Assembly (NCBI GenBank): GCA_009908405.1 | Contig: JAAAPG010000020.1 | Location: forward strand, 1 to 43,624 | DNA length: 43,624 bases | From: Alphaproteobacteria bacterium | Lineage (GTDB): Bacteria; Pseudomonadota; Alphaproteobacteria; Rhodobacterales; Rhodobacteraceae | Reading direction: 5' to 3' | Part shown: positions 36,990-43,624 of the stretch, piece by piece | Layout: the number at the start of each line of letters is the position of its first letter | Position numbering within the stretch: the first letter of the stretch is position 1 | Notes under the pieces: model-generated | What the model saw: the letters and a program-made list of their open reading frames with translations, nothing else | What the model was told of the DNA's origin: nothing | Databases searched by the model: none | Made by a program: the position numbers and the translations under genes

Positions 36990-38765
36990 ATGAGCTTCGA
37001 GCAGATCTTCGTCCTTCTGGTTCTGGCAGCCGTGCTGTTCAGCTTCTTCAAGGAAATCTACCCGCCGGAAGTGACTGCCTTGGGGGCATCGGCGGCAATG
37101 CTTGTCACCGGCATTCTGCCCACGACCGACTTTCTGCAAGTCTTCGCCTCGCCCGCGCCGATCACCATTGCGATGATGTTCATCCTGTCGGCGGCGCTGG
37201 AACGCACCGGCGTGCTGGACATCCTGGGCGGATGGATGCGCACGCACGCGCGCGGGTCATACCTGCGGGCGATGTTCCTGATGATGGGGGGGGCGATGGC
37301 GGCGTCAGCCTTCATGAACAATACGCCTGTCGTCATCCTGTTGACGCCGGTCATGATCTCGGTTGCCGGCTCCGTGGGCGTCGCACCGTCACGCATGCTG
37401 ATCCCGCTGTCTTACGCGGCGATCATGGGGGGCACGCTGACGCTGGTGGGCACCTCGACCAATATCCTGATGGGCGGGGTTGCCACGGATGCAGGCCAAC
37501 CGCCGCTGACCATGTTCGAAATGACGCTGCCCGCGTTGCTGATGGCCTGTGTCGGCATATCCTACATGGTCTTTGCGGGGCGGTTCCTGCTGCCGGACCG
37601 GACCTCGATGGCGTCCATGCTGGGCAAGGAAAGCAAGCGCAAGTTCATGGCGCGGCTGCTGATCCCGGCCGGGTCCACCTATATCGGGCAAACGCTGGCG
37701 GACCTGCCGTTCAACAAGCGCTCGGCGCGGGTGCTGGACGTGGTGCGCGGAGAGGTCTCGTTGCGGCGCAAGCTGGATGACGTGGTGCTGGAACCGGGTG
37801 ACCGCGTGGTCATAAAAACCGATACCGGCGAGATCCTGGGCCTGAAGGAAGACGGCGAGATCGAATTCCGCGACATGGCCGACAGTGGCTTTGCCCCCGT
37901 CACCGCCGACCGCACCATCACGATGGAAGCCAGCATCGGCCCCAATTCGCATTTGCGCGGCCGCCCGATCAAGGATCTGAAATTGCGGCGTCGCTACGGG
38001 GTGTACCTGATGGCGGTGCACCGGCAAGAGCGCAATATTTCCGACGAGGTGCAGGACCTGCGCCTGCAATTCGCCGACACGCTGCTGCTGGAAGGGCCAC
38101 CCGAAGGCATTCAGCGCATGATCGAGGATGGCGGCGTCGTCAACCTGTCCGAGCCCTCGGACCAGCCCGTGCGGCGCGGCAAGGCCCCGATCGCCATCGG
38201 CACGGTGCTGGCGGTGGTCGCGCTGGCGGCGCTGAATGTCATGCCCATCGCCGGGCTGGCGGTGGTGGGCGCGGTGGTGGTCATGCTGACCCGCTGCGTC
38301 GACCCGGAAGAGGCGTTCGACGCCATCGACTGGCGCATCCTGTTCCTGATCTTCGGCATGCTGGGACTGAGCATGGGCATGTCCAGCACCGGCACGGCCG
38401 AACTGATGGTGCAGCAGATCGTCGGCCTGGTGGGCGGGTTCGGGCCGCTGGCCATTCTGGCGGCGGTCTATGTGCTGACCAATGCGCTGACCGAAATGGT
38501 GTCGAACAATGCCGTGGCGGTGCTGGTCGGTCCCATCGTGATCGCGCTGGCGCTGCAACTGGGCTACGACCCGCGCCCGTTCATCATTGCCGTGATGTTC
38601 GCGGCCTCTGCCAGCTTCGCCACGCCCATCGGGTATCAGACAAACACGTTTGTCTACAGCGCCGGGGGCTACAAGTTCACCGACTTCCTGCGCGTGGGCC
38701 TACCGCTGAACCTGCTTTACGCGGCGATGGCGGTGGGTGTGATCCCGTTGTTTTTTCCGTTTTAG
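36990..38765 (+). CDS. SLC13-family permease with two TrkA-C domains
   Basis: SAFMNNTPVV, GGTLTLVGTSTN, central soluble region, FATPIGYQTN. Confidence 0.92.
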   Translation: MSFEQIFVLLVLAAVLFSFFKEIYPPEVTALGASAAMLVTGILPTTDFLQVFASPAPITIAMMFILSAALERTGVLDILGGWMRTHARGSYLRAMFLMMGGAMAASAFMNNTPVVILLTPVMISVAGSVGVAPSRMLIPLSYAAIMGGTLTLVGTSTNILMGGVATDAGQPPLTMFEMTLPALLMACVGISYMVFAGRFLLPDRTSMASMLGKESKRKFMARLLIPAGSTYIGQTLADLPFNKRSARVLDVVRGEVSLRRKLDDVVLEPGDRVVIKTDTGEILGLKEDGEIEFRDMADSGFAPVTADRTITMEASIGPNSHLRGRPIKDLKLRRRYGVYLMAVHRQERNISDEVQDLRLQFADTLLLEGPPEGIQRMIEDGGVVNLSEPSDQPVRRGKAPIAIGTVLAVVALAALNVMPIAGLAVVGAVVVMLTRCVDPEEAFDAIDWRILFLIFGMLGLSMGMSSTGTAELMVQQIVGLVGGFGPLAILAAVYVLTNALTEMVSNNAVAVLVGPIVIALALQLGYDPRPFIIAVMFAASASFATPIGYQTNTFVYSAGGYKFTDFLRVGLPLNLLYAAMAVGVIPLFFPF

Positions 38766-38910
38766 GGAAAGCAGCGTACACGAACATCATGTCGGCTTAG
38801 AGCCCACTCCGACAAATACTGCGAAGGCTTCAAAAGACCGCTATGGTGAGAGATCTGGCGACTGCGGCTGATCATACAGCCCAAAAGAAGTGCGATGAGG
38901 AACAGTTGAA

Positions 38911-38937
38911 GCCGTGCCTGCCAGAGGCAGACACGGC
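38911..38937. terminator. Hairpin downstream of the VOC gene
   Basis: GCCGTGCCTGCC-aga-GGCAGACACGGC, 11 of 12 positions paired. Confidence 0.5.
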
Positions 38938-38962
38938 GCAGAAGCCATGAAAAATTAAGGTG

Positions 38963-39343
38963 TTACCCAATTCCTCTGGTCAAATCCTGAGCAAGCATCA
39001 ACGCATTGCCGTCGGGGTCGTAGAATGTCGCGGTCTTGACCATGCCCTCGACGACATCCGTCTCGCCATCAAATTTGACTCTGGCCTGCTCCAGCTTCTG
39101 CCGAGCCGCATCCAGATCAGCGACCCCAAAGACGGGCACACAGTTGCCGGGTGCTGGCTTGGTATGCTCGCCAAGACCAATGACGACGCCGGGCGTGTTC
39201 GTCCGAAGCTCGGACCAGCCTGCTTCATCGGCATGGTAGAGAAGCTCAAATCCCAGCATGCTTTCGTACCATGTTGCACTTGCATGGCGATCTGTGACCG
39301 ACATGGCGATGGTGATGTTGTGATCCAAGGCAACGAGTGACAT
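38963..39343 (-). CDS. VOC/glyoxalase-bleomycin resistance family protein
   Basis: VTDRHASATWYESMLGF, FGVADLDAA, FYDPDGNALML; AAAGGA RBS. Confidence 0.9.
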   Translation of the reverse strand: MSLVALDHNITIAMSVTDRHASATWYESMLGFELLYHADEAGWSELRTNTPGVVIGLGEHTKPAPGNCVPVFGVADLDAARQKLEQARVKFDGETDVVEGMVKTATFYDPDGNALMLAQDLTRGIG

Positions 39344-39382
39344 GGGCTTTCCTTTTTAATGAAAATATACTAACTATACTTT

Positions 39383-39925
39383 ATGGACATTGAGCTGTTT
39401 GTCAACATCACTTCCAGGGCTTGGGCGATACCCATATTGTCGAGCCTGCATTCGGGTGTCGCCGGGCGGCAAGCGCCCCTCCTGTCTGCGACGGGCGCAA
39501 GCAGGACAGCCTTTGCACAAAGCATGGATCACCTGATCGAGCTGGGCTTGCTTGAACGAAATCCGGGTTACGGTCATCCGCTGCGCCCGGAATTCCGGCT
39601 TACAAGCCTGGGAAAGTCGGTCGCGGCCATCGCCGACAAAATTCGCGATGTTTCGACAGAAGAAGATTGGCCATTGCTGCGCCGGTCATGGACCTTGCCG
39701 GTTCTGATCTCACTCTACAGGCCCAGCCACTTCAGCGACATCAAGCGACACCTGCCGATGATTACGGATCGTGCGCTGTCTCAGTCTTTGAAATCAATGG
39801 AAGCAAGGAACTGGGTTTGCCGCAGCGTGGACGGGGCCGCTCGCCCGCCTAGATCCATTTATAGTGCGGTGAACACTGGTGGCGTGATCAGTCAGGTCAT
39901 TGCACCCGAAATCGTTCTAAGCTAG
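39383..39925 (+). CDS. HxlR-family winged-helix regulator, apparently two tandem domains
   Basis: RAWAIPILSSL...LLERNPG..PLRPEFRLTSLGK followed by RSWTLPVLISL..HFSDIK..ITDRALSQSLKSME...PPRSIY. Confidence 0.82.
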   Translation: MDIELFVNITSRAWAIPILSSLHSGVAGRQAPLLSATGASRTAFAQSMDHLIELGLLERNPGYGHPLRPEFRLTSLGKSVAAIADKIRDVSTEEDWPLLRRSWTLPVLISLYRPSHFSDIKRHLPMITDRALSQSLKSMEARNWVCRSVDGAARPPRSIYSAVNTGGVISQVIAPEIVLS

Positions 39926-40033
39926 CCGAACCGGCCCTCATTGACAGTTGATGGAAGTGGGAAAGCCCGCGAAAGCGGCCATTGAACTGGGCGGTGCCAA
40001 TGGCAACTCCGTCCCGCTTATCCGCCCTTCCAC

Positions 40034-41530
40034 CTAACTCCGCGCGCCCATCAACCGCGCAATCGGCACGTAATCATCCGTCATCATCACGGTCGTATCG
40101 CGTGCCACCAGATCGCGGATGGACGCGGCATCCACCCGCACCAACTGTCGCGGTTCCGGGTGCAGGTGTGTGAACCGGCTGACCGGCGTCGGGGCGTCGC
40201 CCGCGACCATGATGAACACGCGGCGGTCCTCTGACGGGTCGTGCAGCGGGTCGGCCCAGACCTCGACCACGTCGAACTCTGCCTGCGCGGTGGCGACGAC
40301 AGAGGCCAGCGCCTCCAGCCGGTCCATATGGTCGATCACGTTCATGATATACGCCCCGCCGGGGTTCAGCCGGTCCTTCACAAGGCCGAAGAATTCGCGT
40401 GTTATCAAATGCTCGGGCACCGCGATATCGGTGAAGGCGTCGCCGATCACCACGTCATAGGTCGTGTCCGACAGGGTCAGAACCCGCCGTGCATCGGCAT
40501 GGATGATGGTCGCGGTTGCGGGGTCGAACCAGAACTTTTCGGCAGCTATGCGCGTCACCTCCGGGTCCATCTCTGCCACGGTCACGTCCACGGGTGCCTT
40601 ATGCGCCGCCCAGGCACGCGGCAGGGCGTAATTGCCACCGCCGATCAGGAAGGCCTGCCACGCGTCGCGCCCGTCCATCCGCAGCCGGGCCAGCCCATCC
40701 AGCATCATGGCATGGGCGGTCAGCATGGCGCGGGGCGCGTCCCCGGCGGACATGCCGTGGACAAGATGGTCCAGCACCATCAACCGCTCTGGCCCCACGG
40801 GCGATTGTTCGACCACGCGAATGCAGAAATAGTTGCTTTCCACGGTGCAGGGGTCGGGGCGCGACAGCGTGGCCCCGGCCAGAACCAAGGGCACCAACGC
40901 GGCCACACCGCCTTGCACCAGCCAGCGGCCCAGCCCCTGCGCGGCCCAGAAACTGTGCAGCGCCAAAGCCGCATAGACCACCGTCACCACCACCAGCGTG
41001 CCCGTGCTGCCCAGCCAAGAGATAAAGAGGAACCCTGCCGCGAGCGTGCCAAGGATTGCCCCCCAAGCGCCCGCCGCGAACATCGCGCCCAGCGCGCGGC
41101 CCGCACGGTCGGGATGGCGCAGCACCGCGACATGGCTGAGGATGGGCGCGGGGATGCCCGCGAAGAAGGACGGCAGGAAGAAGACCAGCGTGGTCAGCAC
41201 CACGATCACGGCCACCGGGTGGTCGAGCGTGGTGATAACCGGCCCGGCCAAACCGCGCAGCAAGAACAGCGCGCCGCCGGTGGTCAGCGCCGCCGCCAAA
41301 AGTGCCCAGCCATTCGCGCGCAAGGCGCGGTCGGGCGGCAGTTCCGCCAGCCGCCCGCCAACCCAATGGCCCGCGGAGAACCCCGCCAGCACCACCGCGA
41401 TGATCGAGGTCCACGTGTACAAAGACATGCCGACATAGGGCGCCAACATCCGCCCCGCGACAATTTCCACCACTAAGCTTGCGGCGGCAACGGTGGCCTG
41501 CACCGCGATCAGAACCCAAAGCTTGTGCAT
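40034..41530 (-). CDS. Fused membrane domain / spermidine-synthase-like SAM-dependent protein
   Basis: EIVAGRMLAPYVGMSLYTWT TM region; IGGGNY, AEMDPEV, DARR, YDVVIGDAF, MTDDYVP. Confidence 0.88.
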   Translation of the reverse strand: MHKLWVLIAVQATVAAASLVVEIVAGRMLAPYVGMSLYTWTSIIAVVLAGFSAGHWVGGRLAELPPDRALRANGWALLAAALTTGGALFLLRGLAGPVITTLDHPVAVIVVLTTLVFFLPSFFAGIPAPILSHVAVLRHPDRAGRALGAMFAAGAWGAILGTLAAGFLFISWLGSTGTLVVVTVVYAALALHSFWAAQGLGRWLVQGGVAALVPLVLAGATLSRPDPCTVESNYFCIRVVEQSPVGPERLMVLDHLVHGMSAGDAPRAMLTAHAMMLDGLARLRMDGRDAWQAFLIGGGNYALPRAWAAHKAPVDVTVAEMDPEVTRIAAEKFWFDPATATIIHADARRVLTLSDTTYDVVIGDAFTDIAVPEHLITREFFGLVKDRLNPGGAYIMNVIDHMDRLEALASVVATAQAEFDVVEVWADPLHDPSEDRRVFIMVAGDAPTPVSRFTHLHPEPRQLVRVDAASIRDLVARDTTVMMTDDYVPIARLMGARS

Positions 41531-41596
41531 AGCCACTCCCGATGCTGTCGCGCCACGTTAGGGCCTGCCATTGGCCAAGACAAGCGAGCGCGGCAC

Positions 41597-42007
41597 CTAG
41601 TCCATCCACGGCGCGACATGGGCGATATCGTCGTCGGACCAGCCGAAATGATGCGCCAGTTCGTGCAGGTAGACATGCGCGACAAGGTGGCCGAGCGAAA
41701 TGTCGCCGCGCGCCACCCACTCGTCCAGTATCGGACGGCGGAACAGCCAGATCGTGTCCGGCCCCAGCGCCTGCCCGCCCAGCTTTTCGGGCAGGGGCGT
41801 GCCGTCGTAAAGCCCGGTCAGTTCGAACGGGTCGGCCACGCCCATCTCTGCCAGCACCGCCTCGGGGGCGAACTCGACCACCTGTACGGCGACCGAACTG
41901 GCATGGGACGCGAACGGCTCCGGCAACTCCGCGATCGCCGCCGAGACAAGCGCCACGAAATCGGCGTCAGACGGGGGCAGGCTATCGGTCCATGGGGTAT
42001 CGCGCAT
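41597..42007 (-). CDS. Zincin-like metallopeptidase (Zincin_1/DUF1025)
   Basis: PFELTGLYDG, IWLFRRPIL, HELAHHFG; start MRDTPW at 42007. Confidence 0.88.
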   Translation of the reverse strand: MRDTPWTDSLPPSDADFVALVSAAIAELPEPFASHASSVAVQVVEFAPEAVLAEMGVADPFELTGLYDGTPLPEKLGGQALGPDTIWLFRRPILDEWVARGDISLGHLVAHVYLHELAHHFGWSDDDIAHVAPWMD

Positions 42008-42073
42008 CCCCTTGGTCTTGCACGCGCGCGGCGCTTGTGAAAGAGGAAAGCGGATGAAAAAGGGGTTTTCACC

Positions 42074-43405
42074 ATGTCCAGCATCGTCACCCGCTTCGCG
42101 CCCTCGCCCACCGGTTACCTGCATATCGGCAACCTGCGCACGGCGCTGTTCAACTACCTGATTGCCCGCAAACAAGGCGGCACCTTCGTGTTGCGGCTGG
42201 ATGACACCGACCCCGAACGCTCCAAGCAAGAATATATCGACGCGATCCGGTTCGACCTGGAATGGCTGGGGCTGGAATGGGACCGCGTCGAGCAGCAATC
42301 GAAACGGCTGGACCGCTACCACGACGCCGCCGACAAGCTCCGTGCGGACGGTCGTTTCTACGAATGCTTCGAGACCCCGACAGAGCTGGACCTGAAACGC
42401 AAGAAGCAACTGAACATGGGCCGCCCGCCGGTTTATGACCGCGCGGCACTGGCGCTGAGCGGCACCGAGCGCGACGCGCTGCGTGCCGAGCGCGATGGCT
42501 ACTGGCGCTTCAAGCTGGACCAGTCCCGGATCGAATGGGACGATGGCATATTGGGGCCGCTCTCGATCGACGCTGCCAGCGTGTCCGACCCGGTGCTGAT
42601 CCGCGCGGATGGGCAGGTGCTGTATACGCTGGCGTCCGTGGTGGATGACACGGATATGGGGATTACCCATGTCGTGCGCGGGTCCGACCATGTCACGAAC
42701 ACCGCCACGCAAATCCAGATTATTCAGGCACTTGGCGGTCACGTCCCCAGTTTCGCCCATCACTCGCTGCTGACCGGCCCGCAGGGCGAGGCGCTGTCGA
42801 AACGACTGGGCGTGCTGTCCTTGCGTGACCTGCGCGACCAGGGCGTGACGCCGAATGCGCTTTTGTCGCTGATGGCGCGGCTTGGGTCCAGCCAGCCGGT
42901 GGAATTGCGTGCGTCGCTCGACGCGATCGCCGCGGGGTTCGAGCTGTCGCATTTCGGCACGGCACCGACGAAGTTCGATTCCGAAGACCTCTGGCCCCTG
43001 ACCCGCGCCGACCTGCAAGCGCGGCCCTACGGCGCTGTCGCCGAGACGATCCGCGCGCTTGGCGTGCCCGACGACCTTGCCCCGCCGTTCTGGGAGGTCG
43101 CGCGCGAAAATATAACCACGCTGGATGACTTGTCGGACTGGTGGGCACTGTGCCGCGACGGGGCCACGCCGGTTATCGCGGATGAGGACGCGGCGTTCAT
43201 CGCCGAAGCCATGACCCTCTTGCCGCCCCCGCCCTATGGCCCGACCGCGTGGAAGGACTGGACCGATGCGGTCAAGGCCGCGACCGGGCGCAAGGGCAAG
43301 GGGCTGTTCATGCCGTTGCGGCTGGCGCTGACAGGGCAGGCACGCGGCCCGGAAATGGGCGCGCTGATGCCGCTGTTGCAACAGGTGCCGGCGCGCGACA
43401 CATGA
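42074..43405 (+). CDS. gltX: Glutamate-tRNA ligase
   Basis: TRFAPSPTGYLHIGN, LRLDDTD, HVVRGSDH, ALSKR, LFMPLRLALTG..GPEM. Confidence 0.95.
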   Translation: MSSIVTRFAPSPTGYLHIGNLRTALFNYLIARKQGGTFVLRLDDTDPERSKQEYIDAIRFDLEWLGLEWDRVEQQSKRLDRYHDAADKLRADGRFYECFETPTELDLKRKKQLNMGRPPVYDRAALALSGTERDALRAERDGYWRFKLDQSRIEWDDGILGPLSIDAASVSDPVLIRADGQVLYTLASVVDDTDMGITHVVRGSDHVTNTATQIQIIQALGGHVPSFAHHSLLTGPQGEALSKRLGVLSLRDLRDQGVTPNALLSLMARLGSSQPVELRASLDAIAAGFELSHFGTAPTKFDSEDLWPLTRADLQARPYGAVAETIRALGVPDDLAPPFWEVARENITTLDDLSDWWALCRDGATPVIADEDAAFIAEAMTLLPPPPYGPTAWKDWTDAVKAATGRKGKGLFMPLRLALTGQARGPEMGALMPLLQQVPARDT

Positions 43406-43624
43406 GCCTGCGCGCCGTCCTGTCCATGTGGCTGGTGTTGGCGACCGTGACGCCCGCATCAGCCCAATCGTGGACCGAGCGGAAATGCACGCTTTACGCG
43501 GCAGCGCTGGAGGATGCGCTGCAACTCCTGGGGCACGACGGGATCAGCGGCGGGTTTCTGGATGAAAACGCGGCGTTCATCGCCCAAGGCTGCACCGAAC
43601 GCGGGCGCATCTGCCCGCAGTCGG
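43402..43624 (+). CDS. Hypothetical secreted protein, truncated by the window edge
   Basis: ATGA overlap with the gltX stop; MSLRAVLSMWLVLATVTPASAQ signal-like start; frame open to the end of the window. Confidence 0.65.
   Translation, partial: MSLRAVLSMWLVLATVTPASAQSWTERKCTLYAAALEDALQLLGHDGISGGFLDENAAFIAQGCTERGRICPQS

Noticed and set aside
41597-43459. 620-aa minus-strand ORF ending in a zincin domain
   Set aside because: The first ~480 aa are antisense to gltX; the real gene starts at 42007.

Overview
High-GC chromosomal window from an alphaproteobacterium; gene content and order point to Rhodobacteraceae. It is mostly core genome: addB (cut by the left edge), tsaE, a kinase-less DivL-like PAS protein, 2Fe-2S ferredoxin, the rpiA-gor-hflKC-DUF2065-degP block, sdaA, cutA, ileS running into a DUF3253-SDR-(6-4) photolyase/CryB-aminotransferase string, an isolated flagellar subcluster (flgD, fliK, flgJ-like, flgN-like, fliC, flaF, flbT, DUF1217), a glucose-type ABC transporter with a divergent two-component system, a membrane-tethered cytochrome c, acuI, an SLC13 permease, a VOC/HxlR islet, a spermidine-synthase-like fusion and gltX. 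I saw no tRNA, rRNA, CRISPR array, transposase or integrase. The strongest signals are non-coding. (1) A leaderless 15-codon Ile-rich leader peptide (MFHIAIIQRISVPAL) sits upstream of ileS in a structured leader that could occlude the ileS initiation region, a candidate isoleucine-sensing attenuator with no intrinsic terminator. (2) The flagellin 5' leader carries an array of small hairpins with a repeated CA(A/G)AATG apex, next to flaF/flbT. (3) The VOC/HxlR pair looks like a cassette bounded by related degenerate palindromic motifs. (4) amgK-murU is absent between tsaE and addB. All family assignments come from motif recognition by eye; no searches or folding programs were run.
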